Part shown: one piece after another, positions 1 to 11,400 of the stretch
Layout of the letters: the number at the start of each line of letters is the position of its first letter
How positions within the stretch are numbered: the stretch's first letter is position 1
Assembly: GCA_051362555.1 (NCBI GenBank)
Contig: CM120643.1
Span: 24,680,848-24,744,847, forward strand
Source: Lingula anatina
Taxonomy: Eukaryota; Animalia; Brachiopoda
Length of the DNA stretch: 64,000 bases
Direction of reading: 5' to 3'
Program-made: the position numbers and the translations under genes
Notes under the pieces: generated by a model
What the model was told of the DNA's origin: nothing
The model's database searches: none
What the model saw: only the letters and a program-made list of their open reading frames with translations

Positions 1-226
1 TACCTCCGCCAAGGAGGTTATGTTTTGACCCCTGTTTGTTTGTTTGTTTGTCTGTCTGTCATCAACATAACTCAAAAAGTTATGGACCGATTTTGATGAA
101 ATTTTCAGGAACTGTCGGCCAAGGAACAGATGATTAGTTTATGGTGGTGATCTGGAGCAATAATCAATAATAATAATCAAAAATTGCTGCCTTGGCGGAA
201 GTCTGCACTTTCAGATGCTTTTCTAG
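1..226. mobile_element. Non-autonomous Helentron-type element (HINE/DINE-1-like)
   Basis: Subterminal inverted repeat CCTCCGCCAAGG (3-14) / CCTTGGCGGAAG (190-201), a (GTTT)n(GTCT)n microsatellite after the 5' repeat, and a weak 3' hairpin ending TTCTAG. Lies in intron 3 of collagen copy A. Confidence 0.7.
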
Positions 227-339
227 CATGTTGTATGATTATTACTACCAATAATTATTTGTTATGACATATGATTTTATTTTAGAAGGATAAATTATTT
301 TAAAAGTAATTTATTGCAATTGAAGATGAGTTAAGTTAC

Positions 340-1260
340 CCGAATTCCATCTCTACCATCTTTGCCATCCCTTCCATCCCTGCCATCTTTGCCCGGGGGT
401 CCTTGCACACACCCTGAACCCACCACTAAAAAATATGACACAGATGCTCATTTTCAGCATGGGGACACATTTTAATGTTATCTGTCATGTAACTATTTAG
501 GCTACATCGATAACAGTCATGGTCAGAAGAAATTGCTTAAATACGCCTAATAGTAATTATGTTGTGGAAACAACAGAAATAAGCATCTGATAAATAAATT
601 GGGGTTTTATGATTCCCCATTATTAAATTTGGGGTATATACCTTTAATCCTGCAGTATTCTTATCAAGATTTATGATATTTGGTTTCTTAACATTTTTGA
701 TTAAACAAAAAGGGTGCAAAAAGTCAATATAAGACTTTAACAAATAATATTATAACTTACAGTTTCCTTGCTGCACTTGTCTCTTGGTAATAGAATGGTG
801 AAAGTTTGTTGCATTTCGCTCAGGAACAGTGATAGTTTGTGCATGAAGCTTCAACTTGATTTTCTGAATATCTGACTAATTTTTAAATTAAAAAAGTTTG
901 ATTAGTCTTTTTACTATAGATATTTCAATATCAGTAAAGATTATAGAATGTGGGCTGTTAAAGATGTTAATTTTTTTATATTGATAGCAGTGAAGAGAGA
1001 CAAGGGATCGAACTATTGGAAAATTCACAATCATACAATTAGGCAGAATTTGAAGTACAAATTACCTTAAGTTGTTTGTTTTCCTGTTTTACTGCAGCAA
1101 CCTCCGCCTCCAACCTTTTCAGGAATGCTATCTCTCGTTCTTGCTTGTCCAGTCTTTCAACCAGTTTCATCAACACATCATTATTGACATCAGCATGATG
1201 TTGTAAAGTTGATGCAGAGACAGTAGCAACAAAAAGGGCAGAGAATACATGAAAATACAT
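340..1260 (-). CDS. Short-chain collagen C4-like secreted protein, copy A (5' part only; continues beyond the left edge)
   Basis: Exons 1260-1066 (MYFHVFSALFVATVSAS signal peptide plus coiled-coil), 875-761 (SDIQKIKLKL...ITKRQVQQGN) and 425-340 (LVGSGCVQGPPGKDGRDGRDGKDGRDGIR). All are GT-AG and phase-compatible, and near-identical to exons 1-3 of copy B. Confidence 0.85.
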
Positions 1261-2079
1261 GATGTACACCAGTCTGTAGCCTCTAACACACTGACCTGGG
1301 CGAGGCAATGAAAACTTTTATATCACTTAAGCCATGATTTATTGAATGGACATGTCAAATGTTTACAATGTGGGTCTTAGAAAGTTGGTTTTCTACAAAT
1401 ATTTGATAACCGATAGTTTAAGGGCAGCAGCTTATATTTTTTCTATAAATCATGTGTAACACTTGATAACCAGTGACATTTTCAATCACAAACCTCTTTC
1501 TCCTCAGTTTTCCGTAACTATACTCTTTGAAGTAAGTAATGACTGGGCACCACCAGGTACTCTTTTAAATATAAATTACTGAATTCGTCCAGGCACATGC
1601 AAGCACTTTACTTTAAATAACATATAATGTTAATATATTGTATGTACAAACATCTGCTATTAAACTAAGTATGTTTTTACACATTTAGAGATTTCTTTTT
1701 ACATTTTACCCACATAACACCTCTTTTTAAATGTATGTCATGCAACTGAGCTGTAAAAGCTTGTTCTAGTTCAGACATTCAAAAATCATTCTGAAGAAAT
1801 ATTGAAATTATTGTGCAAGTCCACAAACATATGCCCATTAAAAATCACAAGTGGTTAGGAAAACTGTTTTAAATTAATCTGAATTGGTAAGTGTTTGAAA
1901 CACTATCAGTTTGAAAAAACATTTTCCATTGATACTTTCAGCACCTATTTTGCTAGCCTAATTATCCTTGGAATTTTGAATCACACAAGTGTTAAAATTC
2001 TAAACACTTGAGTCTATCGAAATTCATTTTCCAAAACACTTCCAGCACCTTTGCCAGCTTTACCTCCAGGAATGTGTTA

Positions 2080-2625
2080 GAGCGTATTCTCAACGAATTA
2101 AGCCAGGCTTTACAAAGCCGGTGACCTAAAAATGGCGGACGTACATGAAAGAAAAACCGCCTAATCTTTTAATAGTCTCTCCGCCTCCCCACACGTCGTC
2201 CCTGCGGGGTACAGTAATTAAATCTCGGCTCCGTTCGCCATGCGGAAGCTACCTGAGAAATATTAAGTGCGCATGCTCATCAGTTAAACTCGTGGTGAAG
2301 AAGGCATGGCGGCTGAAGGCGATCGGAGGAAAAAAGCTCTTCTTTTCTATTATCTTTGAAAACAGAGATGAAAAAGGAATAATTTGGCCCGTAGAGCAGC
2401 AATGAATCGACTATCTAAGGAGATAATATCACCAGAGATATTCACGGAAATATTAATGTTCGGAGCCGAGATTTAATTACTGTACCCCGCAGGGATGACG
2501 TGTGGGGAGGCGTGTGAGAGGCGGAGAGACTATTAAAAGATTAGGCGGTTTTTCTTTCATGTACGTCTGCCATTTTTAGGTCACCGGCTTTGTAAAGCCT
2601 GGCTTAATTCGTTGAGAATGCGCTC
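2080..2625. mobile_element. Long-TIR MITE with TTA target-site duplication (PIF/Harbinger-like)
   Basis: About 155-bp near-perfect TIRs (GAGCGTATTCTCAACGAATTAAGCC... / ...GGCTTAATTCGTTGAGAATGCGCTC) with TTA at 2077-2079 and 2626-2628. The paralogous empty site with a single TTA is at 13692-13694. Confidence 0.9.
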
Positions 2626-3034
2626 TTAGTTGTTCACTGTCTCAACCATTGTGACAAGATGTCTGAGACATTGTGCTTACCATTCACTTTGATTTATAAC
2701 TTTCTTGATATATGCAGTCTGCATCGAAGAATTATAGTACAAGTTCTTCCGAAACTATTTTTACTTCTTTTCATATGACAGAAAATTTTAGATAGTTCTA
2801 AACCGGGTCTTTGTACCATACTTTATGATAATATGTAGACTATGCATTTACCCCTGATACATGTACATGTATATGCAGACTATATGCTACATGTATTCAT
2901 AACCACAACATGGCCTGGAGAAGTTATTAACCATCTTTCTCCTTTACCCTTTAGAAGAAATGTGTCCAAACATAAACTACGTACAGAATATTAATCTTTA
3001 CACATTAAAAAATATTCATTTTGTGTCCTTGCAG

Positions 3035-3726
3035 ATGGAAATATAAGTTATTTGTTACCCCTAGTCGCCTGGTGATGCTGACAGGAGCAGCACTGGCAGG
3101 CACATGTGGCTTTATAGCTGGAATAGTGGGTTTACTGCAGTGGAGAGAAAAGGTAATGGGTCAGATTTTTTAGTTATTTTACTAATATATTTTCATTTTT
3201 GTTTTTTAATCTTTATTCAATTTTATTTTTTATTTTTAATTTATGTGTTTATTTATAATAATCAATATGACTGCTCATTTTTTGTTCTTTTCATGCATGA
3301 AGGATTATTGGGTTACCAAATTACTTTGCAGAGCTAATATGTTGCTAATAATAATAGCAACAAAATAATGCCACTGATTTTCTGTTCAGTTTAGACTGGT
3401 TTACATGTATTTATGCAAAACTCAAGTGAGATTGTATTTAATTCAAGTATTGAGTTATGTTTTTAGTTGTCATGGAAGGATAAAGTGTACGCAATTTTTT
3501 CTTTGGTTAGAAAGTACTAGTAGATATTTGTCAAAAGACACTAAACACATTTTATTTCTAACTCACGAGATGTTTAGTCTCAATAGGAATTACATATTTT
3601 TACACCATCTTTACATTCCTAGTTCACCAAAATATTTTCATTGTCAAAATAATAATTTCTTTTCAGAGAGAAGATCAGAAAGAAAAAAAACAAGAATCTC
3701 ACAAATTTCATTTTTATGCCATGTAG
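3035..3726 (+). CDS. ITFG1: ITFG1/TIP/LINKIN-like, last two coding exons only (3' end of a gene or a duplicated fragment)
   Basis: Exon 3035-3152 encodes WKYKLFVTPSRLVMLTGAALAGTCGFIAGIVGLLQWREK and exon 3667-3726 encodes REDQKEKKQESHKFHFYAM*. Splice sites are canonical. This matches the ITFG1 transmembrane segment and tail as I recall it (W..KLY.TPS...LHWQEK..D.REK.QEAH.FHFDAM). No upstream exon found in the window. Confidence 0.85.
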
Positions 3727-4623
3727 CATGTAGAACACCCTTGCCTATGGCTCCTGGTGCTGAGGAATACTGGATATCCAGTTTCACTTTCATTTTAATG
3801 CCATGAATAATTGTAAATGGTAGCTTCACTAAAGATGCATACTAATTGATATTAAAGGTTTCAATTCAATTTAATGTTTTCACAGTGTACCATAGTTTTC
3901 TCAAAAGGTGTGGTCAAAATAAGTAAAAAAATCACTGTTTGCTCACCTTTTTGTCTCTTAAATTATTTATGTATTTTTATTGTGGTTTCATTTCTCAATA
4001 AGAAAGAACTTAAAATGACAAAGTACAAATTGGATCGATATATATATGGCACTAGGTTGTCTAGTACACTATGGTCTTGCACCGCATCCAAAAAAAAAAA
4101 AGACAACGAAAAGCTCATTTTCTAGTTAGCAAGTTATGGGAAATGCATGCACAGCATTACAAAGTATCTGTGTGTGTCTTTTAGTTTATAATAATAGCAG
4201 AAGGGAAAAAGTTCCACTAAACTTTAGAAAATACTGTTGGGATGATACAATCCTGCTATATTATTTCATGTTTTTATTTATTTATTTATTTATTTATTGA
4301 CAATCTTTTTTCTGATAATATTATTTATTATTGTAATATTGTGCTATGACTTTCATTAAAAAAATTATTGTTGTTTAGATTTTCATGCAAATAATATTTA
4401 AGGGTTTTAATGCTAACAAAAATAAGACATTGCTGAAGGGGTACTATGCGATGCAAGTTCATTTCACTGGTTCTTTTTGTCCTCAACTTCTAGAATATTT
4501 TCAAGAATGCCTGGTTATGAAATTATTGTCTAAGATAATGACGGAATTTTTGTCGTGTTTCGTGTAAAAAAATTGACTGTACCCGTGTAGGGGTCCATGC
4601 TCCTCCCTACCCAGGTTCTTCTA

Positions 4624-6263
4624 CAGGGTTGCTACTTAATATGGAATATTTTTTATCATTGTTATTTTTCAGTGCTGATTAAAATTTTTTTGGCTTGAGT
4701 CATTAAAAAAGTATGTCACTGAGTGATAATAACATCCAGTCTTCTGTTGTAAGATATTTTGGTCAATAATATCAAATCTGACATAAGATGCCATTCAAAA
4801 GAAAGGAACACCCCCAGAAAACCATATCAACAGTTTGATGTCAGTATAAGCTTTAAGATAAGATATTAAAGAAAATGATAGCCTCCGGACAGTGATATGT
4901 TACACAGTCAAAGAACTCACAACAGTAAATCATGAAAAGTCAGTAATTGCGGGTATGACCTCCAGCAGCCGCTAACAGCGCCCTCATCCTACATGGCATA
5001 CCCTGTGACACGTTTTTCAGAGTTTGGGTGGGGATATCATTCCACGCAGTGATATTTGCCTGTCGCAGTTCATCACTATTTACCGGCCGGGGACCATAGC
5101 TATTAATTCTGTGAGTTACTTCTGCCCACAGATTTTCAATTGGGTTCATATCTGGAGAGTTTGCAGGCCAGGGCAGTTGCTGAACCCATTGGTTTTGAAG
5201 AAAAACAGTGATTCTGGGTTGCGCAGTCGTCTTGGTACACAAAGTTGTTCCTGAAGATGACTCTTACCAATCGAAGCAATGTTTGCTGTAGAATGTCTCT
5301 GTAGGAATCCTGGATGAGGTTGCCTCCTAGAAAAACCAACTGGTTCTGGGCACCAACATGAAATGCTCCCCAAACAGAGACGTTACCATCCCCTGCTTGC
5401 ACCCTAGGCAGTACACAATCATTGTTTTATGCTCCTCGTACACATCGGTGGACACAGATTTGACGATCAACCCTCAAAAAACCATATCTGGCCTCATTAC
5501 TGAAAACGACATGATTACAGTGTTTTGGCTGCAAACACACGTGGTCCCCAGCCCATTGCAGACGTCGCTGTATATGACCTGCTGTTAACAGTGGTTTCCC
5601 TACTGGCCTTCGTGCAAAATAACCAGCTTGCAGAAATCTCTTGTTCACGTGGGACCTTGAAACGGGCGTTTGAATGACATTCTGCCTCTCTTTTCTGAGG
5701 ACACTGGTTGTCTTTGTACGACCAGCACGGTGTCCTCTAAGGAGAAGGCGATCCTGTCTTCTTGGTGTGATACGCGGACACCCTGGTTGAGGCATTGGAG
5801 TAGGTGCCCCTGTTGCAGCATTTCTTTGGAGGACTTCACAAATGGTTCCTGATAAATGTTGAATTACCTGGCAATGGCTGTCCATTTCTGGCCATTTTCT
5901 CTGACAGCAAGAATCCCATAGTAAGCTGCATTGCTTAACTGTTGAACCATATCTTCACTAAGGTACATGTCAAGTTTCAGAGCGATCCCTTTGTTGCTTC
6001 TCTAAACACACTCCAAAGATTGACCAAACCCATGCGTTTTTATACAAGAGCAGTCTGAAATTGCCGAAAAGACCATCCCTCACATTTCTAACCACAGAAC
6101 ACGCAACTGCATGCATCTATTGTTTCGAGAGTTGAGTGTTAATTAGGTAACACACCTGGCTCCACATGGAGTGACACCTCAGCTTTGGATTTAAATAAGT
6201 TAGAGAGAAATTAAATATTTTGTAGAAAAAAAAAATAATATTCCATATTAAGTGGTAACCCTG
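4624..6263 (-). mobile_element. Tc1/mariner DNA transposon, full length, decayed transposase
   Basis: TIRs CAGGGTTGCTACTTAATATGGAATATT (4624) and AATATTCCATATTAAGTGGTAACCCTG (ends 6263), with TA on both sides. Frameshifted transposase pieces at 5885-4940 include ARRPVGKPLLT, VVFSNEARY, YQDD and WPANSPDMNPIENLW. Confidence 0.92.
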
Positions 6264-7352
6264 TAATATTTTACTTGTCACTGATGCATGGGAGAGGGAA
6301 TATAACCACAAACTCACATCTTCAGTTCCAACTTTTAAGTCCTTTATTAGGTCCAAACATTCAGCCTTTATACACACTATCTACAGAGAATCTATCTGCA
6401 TGCCATATTGTCTAGATAATTATAAATCAAGCTGAATAGAAGATTTTATTAATTATTTAAATATGACAAAAACATCAAACAACTCAAAATAATGACCTAA
6501 AGCAAGAGAAATCATGAAGAATTTTTTTTTTTTTCAAATTTTAAAAGCCAGGCGACACTGCAAAAGTAACTGCAACCTGTTAACTGTCGCATGTAAAATA
6601 AAAATTCTAGACATTTTTTGAGATGTTAGACATCACACTATCTCCCTGATAAGTCGTGAATGTTGTACTTTTCTTTTACTATAAAAGCAAGATCAACTGG
6701 AGAATTTGAGATGGTGCTGCTAGCAGCAGTTATAATGAGAAACATGAACTTCACCATGGTGCATGCCACTAAAGCGATATGTGCACTGGGTACACTACAT
6801 CATGTATCATCCTATTTTGGTTCCTTGACTCAAAGTTTTAATATAATATGTTGTTTATATAAAAAGATATTCATTGGGTTGTTTGACACAATTTGTTATG
6901 AAGTGAGGGTTTTAAACTGTGATGGTGTATTTTATGTCTCTTCCTGATAAAGATGTAAATGTGCACATTTAGTATCATGGTAAAAAATGACAGACAAATC
7001 AACAGATCAAAAGCATGTGATTATATTTGCTATCTTTAATCCAATGTTCATGCATAAATCAAAAGCCTAGGCTACAGGTAGGTTATTAAAAAAATTTTGC
7101 TCATTAATAATTTATTTATTTGCTGCTGAATGGAAATTGCCTGTGACACAAACCTATAGCTTTCATTCAAGTAGAACTAGCTAAATAAAAATGGAATTTA
7201 TATTTTTTAAGTAGTAATTGTAGCTATATTTTAGATATATTCTAGGAAATAACAGATTTAAATTCAACATAGGCTATTCCTAAGGTTATTGTATTAAAAT
7301 TAGCACAGTCAGGCCATTCTTCTCCTCTACCTGTGATGTACTATAGTCACAG

Positions 7353-7521
7353 CAGGCCCGTAGCCAGGGGGGGTTCGGGGAGTTCGAAAGAACCGCCCCT
7401 TTTGCTGGGAAAAGGTCCACTCTGGGTAAAATTTGATCTAGGTACATGAAGTTTTTGTGTAAAAAAGGTCCACTTTTTCAAAAAAAGAACCCCCCTTTTA
7501 AAATTGCTGGCTACGGGCCTG
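7353..7521. mobile_element. MITE with 15-bp TIR and 5-bp TSD
   Basis: TIRs CAGGCCCGTAGCCAG / CTGGCTACGGGCCTG, with perfect CACAG duplication at 7348-7352 and 7522-7526. Confidence 0.9.
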
Positions 7522-7610
7522 CACAGCTAGGTTATTTATTCAGTTCTGTCTATTTTGTTCACTGTAAAGTGCTGATATTATGAACCATATTCAATCTTCT
7601 TCACTATTCA

Positions 7611-7817
7611 GAGGGTAGGGAATACTTTTTTCATTCCGCTTGATTAGCCATATTTTCCAAGAGTGAATTTGCATTATTTAAGCCCAATTTTCTGCATGAA
7701 ACGTGATTCATGAATTCTTGGTGATTAGTGATTGACCTGAATATATATCTTGGTGATTGGTGATTGAGCTGTTTTAATCTTGGTGTTTGATGATTAAGGG
7801 GGGTATCCCCTACCCTC
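7611..7817. mobile_element. MITE (GAGGGTAGGGRATAC TIR family), copy 1
   Basis: TIRs at both ends, imperfect 6-bp TSD TATTCA/TATTTA, internal GGTGATT repeats. A second copy lies inverted at 17209-17409. Confidence 0.85.
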
Positions 7818-8382
7818 TATTTAGTACAGACAACACAGGGCAGCTCTCTTCCATCCACATATGGTGGACAGGGGAGAGAACCACACTGAGATTCAGCAGT
7901 GTAGAACAAGGCCCCATTTTTGTCCTCATGACCACCAGCTACCACTTCTGGAGCTTCATCAAGGCAGACAAACTCTGATCTCTGCTGTGTGTCATGATTT
8001 GATACCAGGTATCCATTGTACTCTGTTGTCCACCCAGCTGGACATGTCTTCTTGGCTGGTATCATCACATGACTGGGGCGTGTTTGGGTGAAGCATACAG
8101 CACAGGGGGCATCATGCTGAAAAAATTCTTGACCTACTGTATTGGATGTTGAAAAAATGTTGCTTTTAACATATTCATATTCCACACCATGTATGTAAGA
8201 ACCTAAATCTTGCCCTCCATCTTGGTATTTCCCCCACTCTGGTGTCTGTTGTAAACACAGGTAATTACTGCCTCCTCCAGTTTTGCTGTAATGGGATCCA
8301 GCAGATATCCCTGCAGAAATAAAAAAAAAGCTATAAAATCTAATTTTAATAAAGATATACAATAGGTGTCAATTTTTAAATC

Positions 8383-8457
<75 letters not shown>

Positions 8458-11400
8458 ACAATTATTATTATTATTGTTATCTTAAAGTAGAATAGAACTT
8501 CACAAAGAAAAGGCCAGTATTTTTATCAATTTACCTTTGTACAAAAGTTTTGAATGTGTTGAACAAGTTGTTCTGCCCCAGCGTGTGTAAACTGCCCCAC
8601 CGTGACTGGTATTGGCTGGTGAACCTGAAAACATACATTTTTAACCTAGAGAACCATATTGTATACTTGCCCTCACCATGGCTAGTAGTGCTCTTACATG
8701 TACAACAGATATCATAAAAATGTACACTTTCAAATCCATCCATCCATGTGTGTCATCTCTTCTCAGGTTTCTCACTTTCAATCTTGTCCTGTTCTTAGCT
8801 TCATTCGTGCACTCTTCCATTGGTTTACTTGTCCATCTTGTCCATGTTAGTTGTTGTCTCCCTCTCCTACGTGTTTCTTCAACCTTTCCCTGTAGGACAT
8901 GCTTGCAGATGGTTTCATGCCTGGCTATGTGACCAAAGTATTGCATTTTTCTGCATTGTATGTCTGCAAATAAAGTTTGTTTGACAGACAATTGCTTACA
9001 CATTTCTTCATTTGTGAGCTTTTGTGTCCAGCTTATTCTTCCCATCCTTCTGTATATTTACATTTTAAATGCCTTGATTCTTCTTTTTATGTCCTTGTTA
9101 AATGTCCGGGTCTCACAGCTGTATGTTAGGACGGGAATTTTGTTAGACTTCACAAGTCTGAGTCTTGGGTTAAAAGAGCTAGTGTTTCTGGTGGTAAGTA
9201 AATATAATTTCATTTTTTTAAACTGTGATTTTGTCATGTCAATGCATTCTTTAATTTCCTGCACATTTTTGACATCTCCTGTGTATTTCTGTTCCAGATA
9301 TTTGAAAATCACAACCTGTTGCAGTCTTTTAACATCAATGGTTATGTTTGTCTCTATTGGATTTTTAATGACCTTGGTTTTATTGGTATTCATATCCAGT
9401 CCTGCCTGTTCAATATTTGTTTTGACTTTGTTTATAAGGGCCCGTAAGTTTTCTTCATTCTCTGCAGTAAGGACTGTATCATCAGCTTATCTGAGGTTGT
9501 TGATATTCCTCCCTCCTATGTTTATTCCTAGGCAGTCTTTGCTCATTCAGAAAATAAACTCTTTCGAAACAAACATTTTAATGTCATTGATCAACTTTCT
9601 GTTGCACAGCAATCTTTAGCCCATTCACAAGTATAGCTGTAGCATAACTAAAAAAGTAAAACCTTTGATAAAATGGAAAAAAATTGAATCCTTTAATTAA
9701 GTCGGTGGAGAGGAATGTAGAACATATTCCCCAAATTAAAAAAAAAAAATTAAAAGGAAGAGGTTCACATAGTTAAAGCAGTGGACAAACCTGTAGGTGG
9801 CACCCCTATCTGAACTCCAATTTGTCCCAGCATTTGTTTGAGGGTATCCAATGTTAGAGATCCTGGGTCCCCTTTAGGTCCAGGTGGTCCCTTGGGAAAT
9901 TGAACAAAAATATTGGATATGCTATAATTACACATAGGAATGTATATTAACAGAATTATAAACTGGTGAAATTAATTACAGATCTGTTATCTGTGAGTTG
10001 ATTATTGAAAATTGAACAAATAGCTTGGAACTGCTATTTCACATAACAAAATTATTAATGGTGATATAAATTTTAGATCTTTTATCTTTGAGTTGATTAT
10101 TTGGAATATCATGTCAAGAATATTTTCTGATGTTTATCTCATGGAACACCTAATATTTCTTATTAAATGACTGTGCACTTTCATGATTGTAAGAAGTAGA
10201 AAACACTCTAATGTGCATTTTCTTGATATTTCAAGAAGTGGGCATCATAATTATTAGATTGCATTACTGTCTAAATTTCAATCAAAACTAACATAAATAT
10301 TTAACCAAAATTTTGAAATACAAAGCTATTGAATGCATAGTTATCATGCTAAGTTTTACCTGTATTCCATCTCTGCCATCTTTACCATCTCTCCCAGGTA
10401 ATCCAGGTGGTCCCTGAACACTGCTCCTTGAGGAGTTGCCAACTGAAAAGTATATCTTGTAATAATAATTTGGATAGATTTCTGTGGATATATAACAATT
10501 TTGTCTTCTTGGAATCAATTAATGCATTTCACAATTCATCTGTCACTTTGGACAGTTACCTCATCATTCACAAGACATAGCTGTCAATCTTCACAACTTT
10601 GGGTCAAACATAGCCGATAGGTGACCTCACCCAGAAATAAATAATTGTATATTTACTAAGTAGTGCAGCTAAATTAAAATATGAATTAGCATTTCATATT
10701 GCATCTGATATTTTACTGTCACTGCTAAGTGATAATTCTTCATGGTGTTTGGCATATTTAAAATGAAAATTTTATTGTTTAGAAAGAAAAAGCATCAATT
10801 GAGAAGACCTTATGTGATAGCAAAATGTTTTCTGCTTTAATCCATAATATACAGAGCAGACCTACCATTACCTTGTAGTGGTGACTGATATCCAAGCAGT
10901 CCAATGATTTGTTTGAGACTGTCTACTGTTAAACTTAGGTTCTGTGGATTAATTTAAGATATTTGTAAGATAAAGTGGGGAAGATCACATTCTGTCATTT
11001 TACACAAGTTGAATGTTAAAATTCAATTATATATATATATCCAAATTTATTTTTATGTGATGTTTACTAGACGTCATTTCATTATCAATTTAAATTTATA
11101 AGTTCGTACGTCAAATTTCCACAGCTTCATACTCTTGAAGCAATTGTTAGGTATTATATAATTATTACAAAAATCATATATTATGGCATACAATTTTATT
11201 TAAGAAAGAAAAGTTATTCTAAAGAATATGTAATTTGTTACAAATGAAGATGTATAGAGTAAAATTACCTGAATTCCATCTTTCCCATCTTTCCCATCCT
11301 TGCCATCCTTTCCATCTTTCCCCGGGGGTCCCTGGGGTCCTTGTATACACGATGAACTCACCACTAAAACATACGACACAGATGCTCAGTATAATACACT

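Larger units (their letters stand above)
230..4045. repeat. Tandem segmental duplication, copy A (paralogous to ~11140-14170)
   Basis: Collinear exon, intron and upstream identity, e.g. 498-880 vs 11512-11880, 1020-1760 vs 12185-12925, 1761-2079 plus 2626-3065 vs 13365-14125, and 4022-4042 vs 14140-14160. Confidence 0.9.

Noticed and set aside
1300-1620. Possible further ITFG1 exons on the + strand
   Set aside because: Candidate frames contain stops and show no convincing ITFG1 similarity. More likely the collagen upstream region, conserved by duplication.
8960-9619. 219-aa + strand ORF
   Set aside because: Antisense to the RTE-like reverse transcriptase remnant, with no recognisable motifs.
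10360-11363. Obligate frameshift or pseudogene between the two collagen exons
   Set aside because: A 70-nt phase 0-1 exon at 10941-10872 restores the frame.
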